Shown here piece by piece: positions 1 through 10,200 of a stretch of 64,000 bases of DNA (position 1 is the stretch's first letter; the number at the start of each line of letters is the position of its first letter). Origin of the DNA: Alphaproteobacteria bacterium (lineage in GTDB: Bacteria; Pseudomonadota; Alphaproteobacteria; RF32; CAG-239). The stretch is from NCBI GenBank assembly GCA_017528205.1, contig JAFXPE010000032.1:6430-70429 (forward strand), in the 5' to 3' direction. The notes under the pieces were generated by a model that was given only the letters and a program-made list of their open reading frames with translations, did not search any database and was not told the DNA's origin. The translations under genes were made by a program, and so were the position numbers.

Positions 1-196
1 CGAACAATTTTTCTATATTCGGAGTGTCATTCGGAGTTGAAATAATCAAAATATCCCTGATTCCGAAAAGCATCAAAGTAGAAAGCGGATAATAAATCAT
101 CGGCTTATCATAAACCGGCAACAATTGTTTTGAAATAGTCATTGTTAGCGGATATAACCGGCTTCCGCTGCCACCTGCAAGCAATATTCCTTTCAT
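1..196 (-). CDS. rfbA: glucose-1-phosphate thymidylyltransferase, N-terminal 65 codons only (gene runs off the left edge)
   Basis: Hand translation of the minus strand from ATG 196-194 gives [59 protein letters not shown]. This is nearly collinear with the RmlA/RfbA N-terminus as I remember it ([40 protein letters not shown]). It is absent from the ORF track because it is truncated. Confidence 0.85.
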   Translation of the reverse strand, partial: MKGILLAGGSGSRLYPLTMTISKQLLPVYDKPMIYYPLSTLMLFGIRDILIISTPNDTPNIEKLF

Positions 197-198
197 TT

Positions 199-1647
199 TC
201 AATTCTCCTGTTTATGATTTTCGGTTTCGTTATCAAAATTCAGCGAATAATGAAGATTCGGGTCCAATTTATCATATAATTCGCTTAAATTTTCGCAGTT
301 TAAAACATTTTGCAAAATCGCCCGCGCCGCCTTCGGCTCATAATGAGTCAAATAATGGCGATAATTGTTTTCCACCATTGCCAAACGCGCTGCATCGTCA
401 GCCAAAAGCTTTTTAATGCCTTCGTAAAACTCCGCCACCGTTTCATACATATACGGAAAATCCGGCGCCTGATATTCGTGGAACGATAAGGCGGCATTTT
501 CCGTATTGATTTTAACAATATACGGAACGCGCAAACGCATCAAATCAATAAAAGTAAGCGCCGAAGACATCGGAAAACTGTCTATAAACAAATCGGCACA
601 CTTGAAAAACAGCTCATAATTTTCTTGATATGGCAATCTGATTAAACGGTTTTTTACCGTAGAATCCTTAAAAATTCTCTCGCATATCGCTGTTTCTTTT
701 TCGTTAAATTCGCTGATTAAAACATGCCAAACATTCTGGTGTTCTTCCAGCATTTTTTTTATCATTTCCAAATATGTCGAGCCGTCAGATTCAAAAAACT
801 TGCGACTTGCCGCCCCCGACAAAGTGCAAATTGCACCTTGCGGAATTCCCATTTTAAGGCGGGTTTGAGCAATTTCTTCGGCCGAAAAGTGCGGGTTTTC
901 TTCTTCCGGCTTAGAAATAAGCCCGACAATGTGCGTTTGTTTCGCCTTGCGCAATTTTTGCGTTACATAAGCCGAGCTCGGAGTTTCTTCCAAAATCAAA
1001 TCCGCAAAAGATACGGCCAAAAACGGAAAATCGGTGGCATGGTTTACAAAAAATATTTTTATGTCGGTATGCCGTTTTAACAAGGCCAAAACCGCCGTAG
1101 CAACAATATCGTCGGTATGAATAAACACAAACAGCGCTCGCGGCGCAAACGAAACAATGGCATCATATATTTCGCGAATATTCTTTTCAAAAGAGCAGGA
1201 AAACTGGTTAAAAGTTTTTATTTTCGATATTGACGCAAGATATTTAAGGGCCTGCGGCGCGGCTTTAACAGAAGTTCTCGTGGTTATCAGGAAAAGAGTT
1301 TCTTCATAATCGGAAGACAAAGTTTTTTGCATATCACGCATCCATTTTGTATGCCCGCCCATATCATAAATTTTAGTCGCCAAAAAAGCAACACGTCGCG
1401 GATTTGGCGTACAGCTGCCGATATTTTTATAAGTTGCGACAATTTCATCAATTTGAGAATCCCAGCGGCTAACGTCAAAAGTTTTATGGGCTTCAAAATC
1501 CGCCCGAATGGCATCAAATTTGTTTTTAACCTCAAACAGAGGCAATCCGAAAGCATAAAACTTTGTCCGTCCTTTTTTGTATTTAATTTTAAGCACGGTA
1601 CAATTCAAAATTTTAAATGTATTATCTACAAATTCAAACAGTTTCAT
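199..1647 (-). CDS. putative glycosyltransferase of the sugar-nucleotide cluster (family not recognised)
   Basis: Track ORF 199..1671 (490 aa). I prefer ATG 1647 because it overlaps the upstream stop as ATGA (1647-1644), a coupling arrangement. Its own stop (201-199) lies 2 nt from the rfbA ATG. Function is inferred only from the position between wecE-like and rfbA. Confidence 0.55.
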   Translation of the reverse strand: MKLFEFVDNTFKILNCTVLKIKYKKGRTKFYAFGLPLFEVKNKFDAIRADFEAHKTFDVSRWDSQIDEIVATYKNIGSCTPNPRRVAFLATKIYDMGGHTKWMRDMQKTLSSDYEETLFLITTRTSVKAAPQALKYLASISKIKTFNQFSCSFEKNIREIYDAIVSFAPRALFVFIHTDDIVATAVLALLKRHTDIKIFFVNHATDFPFLAVSFADLILEETPSSAYVTQKLRKAKQTHIVGLISKPEEENPHFSAEEIAQTRLKMGIPQGAICTLSGAASRKFFESDGSTYLEMIKKMLEEHQNVWHVLISEFNEKETAICERIFKDSTVKNRLIRLPYQENYELFFKCADLFIDSFPMSSALTFIDLMRLRVPYIVKINTENAALSFHEYQAPDFPYMYETVAEFYEGIKKLLADDAARLAMVENNYRHYLTHYEPKAARAILQNVLNCENLSELYDKLDPNLHYSLNFDNETENHKQEN

Positions 1648-2777
1648 CTTTTTTTCCAAAAATCCCGACAAATTTCAATAACTCTGTCTTGCTGCGAGGT
1701 AGTTAAATCATAATAAAGCGGCAGACGCACCAACGTTTCCGAAACTTTGTCTGTTACATCTAACTGGCCCGAAGTGCGGCAAAAACGTTGGCCGGACGGT
1801 GCCGAATGTAACGGAATATAGTGAAAAGATGCGACAATACCGTTTTCTTTCAAATAAGCGATAAATTCCGTGCGCGTTTTCAAATCATTAAACAACAAAT
1901 AAAACATATGAGCATTATTGGAGCATTCCGCCGGAATTATCGGCCGGCGAACTTTGCCTTGCTGCTCATCTTCGGCAAATGCGTCATAATAGCGTTGCCA
2001 AATTTGTTTACGCTTGGCTTGAATGGTATCGTCCATTTCCAAAACCGAATATAAATAGGCGGCAACAATATCGCTCGGCAAATATGACGAACCCTTGTCA
2101 ACCCAAGTATATTTATCCACCTGACCGCGAAAGAACTTGCTGCGATTTGTGCCTTTTTCACGCACAATTTCCGCACGCTCAGCCAGCAGCGGATTATTTG
2201 TAACAAACAAACCGCCCTCGCCAGCCATAATATTTTTTGTTTCATGAAAAGAAAAACAGCCCATATCGCCTATTGTACCGAGCGGTTTGCTTTTGTAATA
2301 AGCATCATAGGCTTGCGCCGCGTCTTCAATAACCAACAAATTATGTTTTGCCGCAATATCCTTAATCGTATCCATTTTGCAAGCCACACCGGCATAGTGC
2401 ACCGGAACAATGGCCTTGGTTTTTGGAGTTATGGCCGCTTCTATTTTATTTTCATCCAAATTAAGCGTATCCGGACGAATATCCGCAAAAACCGGAACAG
2501 CACCCTGCAAAACAAAAGCATTGGCGGTAGAACAAAAAGTATAAGAAGGCATAATAACCTCGTCACCCGGCTTCAAATCAGCCAAAATTGCGGCCATTTC
2601 CAACGCCGCCGTGCCCGAATGCACCAACAAAGCCTCTCGCGCCGCCAGCTTTTTCTTCATATATTCGTTACATAACTTTGTGTATTTGCCGTCACCGGAT
2701 ACATGTTGCTGTGCAAACACATCGGCAATATACTCGAGCGCTTTTTCCGGAAATACAGGGATATTAAACTTTATCAC
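1644..2777 (-). CDS. wecE: DegT/DnrJ/EryC1-family PLP aminotransferase, dTDP-4-amino-4,6-dideoxy-sugar transaminase (WecE-like)
   Basis: 377 aa. Long collinear stretches match E. coli WecE from memory: GDEVIMPSYTF.STANAFVL.GA, VPVHYAGVAC.MDTI, CFSFHETKN, REKGTNRS.FFRGQVDKYTW.D.GSSYL.SD, NAHMFY, FHYIPLH. Confidence 0.88.
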   Translation of the reverse strand: MIKFNIPVFPEKALEYIADVFAQQHVSGDGKYTKLCNEYMKKKLAAREALLVHSGTAALEMAAILADLKPGDEVIMPSYTFCSTANAFVLQGAVPVFADIRPDTLNLDENKIEAAITPKTKAIVPVHYAGVACKMDTIKDIAAKHNLLVIEDAAQAYDAYYKSKPLGTIGDMGCFSFHETKNIMAGEGGLFVTNNPLLAERAEIVREKGTNRSKFFRGQVDKYTWVDKGSSYLPSDIVAAYLYSVLEMDDTIQAKRKQIWQRYYDAFAEDEQQGKVRRPIIPAECSNNAHMFYLLFNDLKTRTEFIAYLKENGIVASFHYIPLHSAPSGQRFCRTSGQLDVTDKVSETLVRLPLYYDLTTSQQDRVIEICRDFWKKR

Positions 2778-2849
2778 GTCCTTAGTCCTTTCTTTATGTT
2801 GTTTTACAATGATTACATCGTAAGCACAACACTTTTTTCAATCTTAACC

Positions 2850-5800
2850 CTATTCAAACAACCACCGAATTCCGGCCGTAAACTCTACGCCGTCCCGGCC
2901 GCCGCTGAGCAAATTGACTTCTCCGTAGCCGGAAAATCTTTCTCCGGCAGTCTTTTGCAAGCCAACTCCGTATTGAACATACGGTTTAACACTCATTTCC
3001 GGCAAATCAACGCGAGCGGCTTCAAATTTTGTGCCGTTCATCACGCTCCACACCACTTTTGCCTCGGCATAAGGTTGCCAACCGTTTTCGGCGGCATAAG
3101 AAAGCGACAGCCCCGGCGCAATGTTAAAAGCGTGCAACGGCCGCGACTTAATGCCGACGCGAGCGGCGTTATGATAATTTGAAGCATCAACCGAGGTATA
3201 ACTCATCAGCAAATTCGGCTGAACAACAAAATTCTCCCGATACGGCCGCCAGTTATAGCCGGTTTTGTCGGCAATACCGTATCTGAACACATAAAAGTGT
3301 TCTTTTCCGTACATGGTCGAAGCGTCTGCACGGTCAACACCGGCATTGACGGTTAAGGCACTGAACAAATCATTTTTGCGCACACGCGCCACCACACCTA
3401 ACGTTCCGCCCTTTTGGTGAATGGTATTGCCGGAATATTTCTGCCGCGAATAGTTATATCCGCCGTACACACCGTATTGCAAATCCCAATTTCCCGCCAA
3501 TTTGGTGCCTTTAGAATCAACGCCGGCATAAAGATTATACATATTGTCTCTGACTTTCGGTCCGTCTTTCAAGCCGACTTTTTCAAACAAAGAAGAAGGT
3601 TTAATCCACACCGTTTTATCCGGCAAAACCATTGTTTGCCCCATATATTCGGCCGCTTGCCGACTTTCGCCCGCATCACGAAAAGCCTCATCATATGAAT
3701 GTAGCTGAATCAAATATCCGCCGGCCAAAGATGCAACCGGAGCAACCGTAACTGCCGGATTGTAACTCGCATATTCCGACTCCGCCCCTCTTTTGAGCAC
3801 AAAACTGCCGCTGTTTTCATCTTCGCCGTAACCGATATCATACTTAAACACCGGTGTGAACGCCGCAAACGTCGGCATTTTAACCTTGCCAAGCAGGTTT
3901 TGGTTATGCGCCGCTTCATCAACAAACGCTATTTCTATTTCCGCATCCGTCAACGCGGTTTCCCCATTCAGCAAATTAATCTCGCCGATGTTCAAACTGC
4001 CGCCGTTTACCGTTATATCCTCGTCGGCAAAAAACACCAAACGGTCGGCCGACAAAGAGCTCAAATCAATATCAATATTCGCCGTCAAACCACCGTTTAA
4101 GTCCATTTTGCTCAAGTTTATATCCGAGGCTTTATCGTTAATCAAATTCAGCGCACCGCCGTTGGCAACAATCCGGTTGCTGCCGTCGGCAGCCAAAAAC
4201 TCATCATCAGCAACTTTTAATTCGCCGCTGTTTATCTCCCAACTCGTATTGCGCACGCCGGCATTCATTTCCGCCACCGCTTTTTGCAAAACAACATCAA
4301 CATTCTCCATTTCGTTGAAAGATACGGACTTGCCCGTAACTTTAAGCAAATTTTCACCGCCTTCGAAGCCGTTTATTGCACCGTCAACCGTAATTTTATG
4401 TTTTTGGGAATTCAGTTCCGCAGTGGCATTTTTCAAATAAAGCGCAACTTCATCTTGCCGCCCGAGCGTAATATCCTTGTCTTGAGCCACAACTTTCAAT
4501 TTTCCGTCACTTATAACTTTAATATCGCTGTCTTTGGCCCCGAAAATGCCTGTTTTAAGCGTTGTCGACTTATTCAAACGACCATCGACTACCATTCCCT
4601 TATAACCGTTAACATCAACATCTTTTCCGCTCACTTCAAAGGATTTTCCGTGAACAACGCCGATATCCTCATTTTCTTTGTCTTCGGTCACAATATAGCT
4701 GGCGGTTGTTTCATCTTGCGCCGCATCCGGTAAAAACTTATTTTCTCCGGCCTGTTTAACCCGCAATAAATTCTTTTTCTCGGCATCTTGCATAACCCGA
4801 TATTTTTTGCCGTCATAATAAACATTGCCGTAAGAAGTGCCCAAATCCAGCACCTTATCGGCACTGCCAAACAGCTCGTATGTGGCGTTATCGTTCAATT
4901 TATCCGCATTTTTCACCGGCAAAATAATCTGAGATATCGCGGCACTGTTGTTTGTTGAGGCCTTTTGCAGATTATATTTATCCCCCAATTCAAACGAAAT
5001 ATACGCATCATTGGCGTTCAACTGGGCAATATCCAAGGTTTCTACGGCATTGTTTATGGTAGAAAACATAGCATCTTGCCCCAAGTTAACGGTGTTATCA
5101 ATTCGCTCTATTTCGGCGGCCAAATGCAAATCGGTTGCAACATTTAATTCGCCGTTGCCGCCGATAATTCCGTTTTGTACGGCAAGATCTGCGCTTTCAA
5201 CTTCAATAATACCCGAATTCTTCAAAGAATACACCGCAATTGATTTTCCGCTGATTCCGGTATTGCCGGCATTGTTCAGCCTTAAAGTGTTATTACCTTC
5301 GGTTTTGCCGTCAATACTGCCGTTAATTATGCCGGAAAAGTCTTGTGCTATGTTAATATCCGTAAAGTATATTTGCGCTTCATCGGTAGCGTCAACCGGC
5401 GACCAACCGGACAATCTTTGGTCATCTCTCTTTTGTACTTTGGCATTGTCTCCGATTTCTGCCGAATTCCAATCCGAAAGTATATCGCCATTGATTTCCG
5501 CCCCTTTCAAGATATTGATTTCCGCCACATGGGCCGTTTCGCCGATATAAATTGCCGCTCCGGAACCGGTGATTGTGCCGGCAAGGTTAAACTTTTTAAC
5601 CAAAGCCTCATCATATTCGTCTTGCGGAATATTATTTCTTTGGGAATCGCTGGAATAATTGGTATACGAGCCGCGAATATCGGACTTATGGCCGAACATA
5701 TTATCGCCGAAATCAAAACCGACAGCTATACCTTTCTCGCCAGTAGCCGTCACCGAAGAGCCGTTTTCAACGTTTATAACGTGATTTTTACCCCAAGTTA

Positions 5801-7169
5801 CGGCAATTCCGAAGTTTTCTTTGCCGTTTGTTTCGATTTTGCTACCGCTCGAAAGCGAGTATTTGTTGTTCACACCGTCTATTCTGACACCGAATGAGCC
5901 TTCGCCGACGGTTGAAATGTTTGAAGTTTGCGTAATTTTGTTATTATCGCCGTAAACATGCAGGCCGACACCCTGAGCAACGGTGCTCGGATTGCCGGTA
6001 TAAGCACGGCCATCCCATTCGGAATAACCGGTATCGAAGTTTTCCGTTAAATTGCTCAAATAATACGACTTACCAAAAAATCGGCGCAAATCAATATCAT
6101 ACCCGATATCTTTCAAAACTGCCAACTCGGCTTCCATCGGCACCAACCAGTTGCGAAAATATTGGTGCGACATAAAGCTGTTGCGCAATTCCAAGTGAGA
6201 TAAGTCAATTTCATCATCATCGGCATTATGTATCGGCATACCCCACACCCGAGGGAGTGTTTCTTCATTTTCGTAACTTACGGAATAATTGGCAAAACCG
6301 CCGTTTTCGATTATGGCAACGCGAGCTTCTTTATAATCGTCTTTTCCGCTCAAAACCTTAACGGTTGTTTCTCCCACATAATAAGGAGAATACGCAAACA
6401 TATCAAAGTCGAGACCTTTGCCGACGGCCATTGCCGCAGTAGGTACAATTTCATAATCCGAATCAAATTCCGTGGGATCGGTTCCGGTATATATTCTCAA
6501 ATCTTTATCGAAAATCCCCAGACTGCCGTCATCTTTTTCCGCAAAATAATATTTTTTATCACCCTCACGACAGGCAGAAGCTTCGGTGCTGATACCTAAG
6601 GAATGCATTATTTCGTGCAGCAAAACGGTGTGCAAATCCGGCAGCGAATAACCGTGGTATAACGAGTGCAGACCGCTATATTCCTGCCAACCCGGATAAT
6701 CTTCATCAACCCCGTGTCCGATGAAGATAAAGCCGTGAACGTCATCAGGAATATCACCCTCGTCGTCATCATCGTCGTCATCGTCCAACGGCTCTTTTTT
6801 GTTAATCATGGCATTGATAGCCGTCACAAGATAAGGAGATTCCTTTATGGCAATACCCGGACTTATGGCCGAAGCGTTATATTCGTTTTCCGTAAATATG
6901 GCATAACCGGCCGGCTCGGAACCTTCCGGAGAAGATAAAACGGTTGCCCATTTTTTGGCCGCGGTATCAAAGGCATTCAAATAAGATTTTTTGATATCAA
7001 ACGCACTTTCATATACTTCGCTGCCCACATCGATTTTCTCTCCCTTTTTATACACCGAAATCTGGTACGAATAATTATCGCCCACAATGGTGTATTTATC
7101 AACGGCAAAAGCCGGAGAAAGATTGAAAAATATCAAACCGAATAAAACTATTATTTTTTTCATGCGCAT
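2850..7169 (-). CDS. type Va autotransporter with an N-terminal zincin (HExxH) protease-like domain
   Basis: 1439 aa.
- Signal peptide MRMKKIIVLFGLIFFNLSPAFA/VD.
- A run of 8 Asp (DNA ~6760-6790) lies ~40 aa before LLHEIMHSLG (DNA 6601-6630).
- The passenger is long, Gly/Asn/Thr/Ile-rich and repetitive (beta-helix-like).
- The last ~280 aa have alternating aromatic/Gly strands ending ..GVEFTAGIRWLFE, as in translocator beta-barrels. Confidence 0.85.
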   Translation of the reverse strand: MRMKKIIVLFGLIFFNLSPAFAVDKYTIVGDNYSYQISVYKKGEKIDVGSEVYESAFDIKKSYLNAFDTAAKKWATVLSSPEGSEPAGYAIFTENEYNASAISPGIAIKESPYLVTAINAMINKKEPLDDDDDDDDEGDIPDDVHGFIFIGHGVDEDYPGWQEYSGLHSLYHGYSLPDLHTVLLHEIMHSLGISTEASACREGDKKYYFAEKDDGSLGIFDKDLRIYTGTDPTEFDSDYEIVPTAAMAVGKGLDFDMFAYSPYYVGETTVKVLSGKDDYKEARVAIIENGGFANYSVSYENEETLPRVWGMPIHNADDDEIDLSHLELRNSFMSHQYFRNWLVPMEAELAVLKDIGYDIDLRRFFGKSYYLSNLTENFDTGYSEWDGRAYTGNPSTVAQGVGLHVYGDNNKITQTSNISTVGEGSFGVRIDGVNNKYSLSSGSKIETNGKENFGIAVTWGKNHVINVENGSSVTATGEKGIAVGFDFGDNMFGHKSDIRGSYTNYSSDSQRNNIPQDEYDEALVKKFNLAGTITGSGAAIYIGETAHVAEINILKGAEINGDILSDWNSAEIGDNAKVQKRDDQRLSGWSPVDATDEAQIYFTDINIAQDFSGIINGSIDGKTEGNNTLRLNNAGNTGISGKSIAVYSLKNSGIIEVESADLAVQNGIIGGNGELNVATDLHLAAEIERIDNTVNLGQDAMFSTINNAVETLDIAQLNANDAYISFELGDKYNLQKASTNNSAAISQIILPVKNADKLNDNATYELFGSADKVLDLGTSYGNVYYDGKKYRVMQDAEKKNLLRVKQAGENKFLPDAAQDETTASYIVTEDKENEDIGVVHGKSFEVSGKDVDVNGYKGMVVDGRLNKSTTLKTGIFGAKDSDIKVISDGKLKVVAQDKDITLGRQDEVALYLKNATAELNSQKHKITVDGAINGFEGGENLLKVTGKSVSFNEMENVDVVLQKAVAEMNAGVRNTSWEINSGELKVADDEFLAADGSNRIVANGGALNLINDKASDINLSKMDLNGGLTANIDIDLSSLSADRLVFFADEDITVNGGSLNIGEINLLNGETALTDAEIEIAFVDEAAHNQNLLGKVKMPTFAAFTPVFKYDIGYGEDENSGSFVLKRGAESEYASYNPAVTVAPVASLAGGYLIQLHSYDEAFRDAGESRQAAEYMGQTMVLPDKTVWIKPSSLFEKVGLKDGPKVRDNMYNLYAGVDSKGTKLAGNWDLQYGVYGGYNYSRQKYSGNTIHQKGGTLGVVARVRKNDLFSALTVNAGVDRADASTMYGKEHFYVFRYGIADKTGYNWRPYRENFVVQPNLLMSYTSVDASNYHNAARVGIKSRPLHAFNIAPGLSLSYAAENGWQPYAEAKVVWSVMNGTKFEAARVDLPEMSVKPYVQYGVGLQKTAGERFSGYGEVNLLSGGRDGVEFTAGIRWLFE

Positions 7170-7262
7170 CTCCTTATAAAGGGAGATTATAGCAAAAAAA
7201 ATAAATACTGGCGCTATTTATGCAAATTATACACATAAATCAGCCGGATAAACCGAGAAGCG

Positions 7263-10200
7263 TCAATGTCTCGTAAACGCCGCGGCGGCGTAATTTTGTG
7301 AATTTCTTACTCTGTAACTCTTAATATGCCTCATACTGACACCCAAAACCCGTCCTTTTTTATCGGCCTGAGCCAGCGCCTCCACCTCAGATTGCGGCTT
7401 ATCAACGCGCCTGGCCATAAAATCATGGCCTTGTTTTTCTTTCTTTTCGATTTTTATGGACGACGACACCTTTTTCAAACCTTCGCCCAACGAGGAAATC
7501 CAGCCCTTTCTGGTTATGCGGATTTTATTTAATATCGCTTTGGCGGTAATCGTCATTTTTACTTTTTTATCCACCAAGCCGGAATCTAAAATTGCCGTCA
7601 CTATTTCGCCCATTTCCTTGGAAGTCAGCGCTTTTTCCGGCTGAATTACCTTGCCTTTATCGTCTTTAACCTCTTTTTGATAAGTTATAATATCCGACAA
7701 AGCGGTTAAACCCCGCTGTACCTCGTCAATATACAGGGTATTGAAGTTAAGTTTATCGCCGGCCTTATCAATATCTTTTACTTTGTTAACCATATAATCG
7801 GCAATGCTTTCGCCGTTGCGGGCGGCTCTGGCCATACCGTAAAGCAACTCGCCCAACAGCACCTTATCCTTAAATTTAGGGCTGTTTTGCATTTGCGCAC
7901 CGGTATCAAAAATACCGATAACGAATTTCTTAAATCCGTTTTCCGCTAAGTTTTGCTGCCCTTGATGTCGGTCTGTATCCCATTTACTGCCGGAAAGCAA
8001 GTTGGTAAGTTCCAAAGCAACATACGCCACCGCCATGTCGTGTTTGGTTTGTTCCGACATTTTCGCCGAAGTCATTGCCTGTCCTTCCGCCATGGTCAAA
8101 ATTTTATACACCTGGTCGTCTTTACCCTTGCCGTAACTGATCCATTTTGCCACTTCCGGCTCGTATTCGCCCTGCGGCGTAGTAATTTTAACGTCATCAT
8201 AAATTTTCACCGCTTCCGTAAATTTGGCATAATCCGCTTCAATATCGGTTTCGCTCATGGCCGACAAACGCGCCTGAGTGGCAATATTCAACAACGGTTT
8301 ATACATAACGTCCTGATTTGAGAGGTCAACAATGGTATCATATATCATATCCATACCGGACTGCGCCAAATCCTTGGCATAAGGCCGCATTAAGGCCACA
8401 ACGCAAGGCTTGTCCTCATATTCGATTTTAGTTGTTATAAAAAACGAACCGGCGCCCAAAATTTTATCAACTCGCCCGATTTTAGCCAATTCTTCATTCG
8501 GCAACGTTTCTTTCATCAACTTAAACAAATCGGCACGGTCCGGAATATCCGCCTTATCGCGTAACTGAGCCAACGGCTTTCTGATATCCGGATCCAACAC
8601 CGGCAAATAACTCAGCAATTGCCCAAATTTAACAAAGGCCGGACCTTTGTTTTCAAAAAACATTTTCAACCCTTCGCCAATGGCCTCGCCGCCGGTTTTA
8701 ACGTTTTCCTTATCTCGCTGATTGGCCGATACCAAAGCAGCCAAAATCAGGTTGCGTTCATAAGGTTTTAAGTGGTTGAACACTGTTTTAACCACTCGCT
8801 TGGCCTCTTTGTAATAAGGCGATTTCTCGTCAAAATGCATATCCACCACCAAATTCAGCACATCTTCGTCTTTTGAAGAATAAGCCTTAAGAATTCGGTT
8901 CATCAAATATGCCCTGATTGGCAAATCCGCGTGCCAAAAATTATCGTGCAACAGTTGTAAAGCAGAGTTATCCAACGTAATATTGTGATTGGCAACGCCA
9001 TCAACCTTAATTTCGGCACCGCGCCGCAAATCATAATTTTTCGGCAACTTCTCAAACACTTCGTCAATGCTTTCCGGTGTGCATTTTTTGCTTAAAAAAT
9101 CAATGGTAGTTTTGGCGGCTTCTGACGATTTGGCCAAAGTTGAAATTATGCCCTCGGCGCAACGGGCGGTAATATCGAAATCTTCGGCATCTTTTTGCGA
9201 AAACTTGGCACAACCGATGTCTGCCAACATTTGCGACGTCAATTCCTGCGAAACAATTTCATTGGAAAGCCGTTTCATAATAAATTGCAACGTCACGCGC
9301 GGGAATTTTTCGTGATAGCGAAGCCTGCCATCATAATATCCCTCGGCAACCTGTATCTGTGCGCAAATTTCCTCGGCCGTTTCTTTGGCTTTTTCATAAT
9401 AAGCATCGCTACCATCATCAATTCCCAATTCCGCGGCTTTACCTTTAACATAAAAGTCGATTAAAGCGTCTTTTTCTTTGGCAAACTCAATATCATGCGA
9501 TTTTAACTTATGCTGATGCAACGGCCTTCCGGCATATTGCAAACTCAAAAGTTTTTCGGTTATTTGCATGGCCTCATCGTGATTCGGGTGCTTTTCGATA
9601 TCTTTAACGATAGACTTAAAAAACTCCGATTTATTGATATATTTTTCGGAAAACAAATCCAAATCGTTCATAGTTTCATAAACATACAACTTATCTTGAA
9701 GCGGCAGCGAATGAAATTTATTGTGTTTTTGAATCGCCTCGGCCAAAATATCGGTTATAACCGGCGCATAATATGATGAAGTTTCGCAATCGCGAATATA
9801 TTTAAGCATATTTTTCAAATCAAAATCTTTGCCTTCGCGAATGGCGTTGGCCGCCACCAAAATACCGGCTCCGCGCCAAAAATTCAAAGTTTCATCTTTT
9901 CCGCGCATATCGGATAATTTTTGTTGCATTTCCGGCGTTTCGGCAAACAAAGAAGTTTTCGCGGTGCGGCCGGTCAAATGGTCCAAACGCGCCAAAGTCG
10001 TTTCCATATCCGCATTATAATCAAATCCGTACGCCTCCATGGCATTTTTCAAAATCTCGGAAAACTCTCGATAGCGGAAATTCTCCAAAACCGTCGAATC
10101 AAGCTGAGTGGTCGATGACGAACGATACAGCATCGGAAAGCGCACATATTCCTTTAATTTGCTGGCGCGACGCAACTTTTTTTGCTGAATGACTCTGATG

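Noticed and set aside
3414-6938. Many plus-strand ORFs of 60-200 aa inside the autotransporter gene (for example 3856..4440, 4948..5550, 5343..5897).
   Set aside because: They lie antisense to a 1439-aa ORF with clear signal peptide, passenger and barrel features. They have low-complexity translations and no RBS, so they are shadow frames of a repetitive gene.
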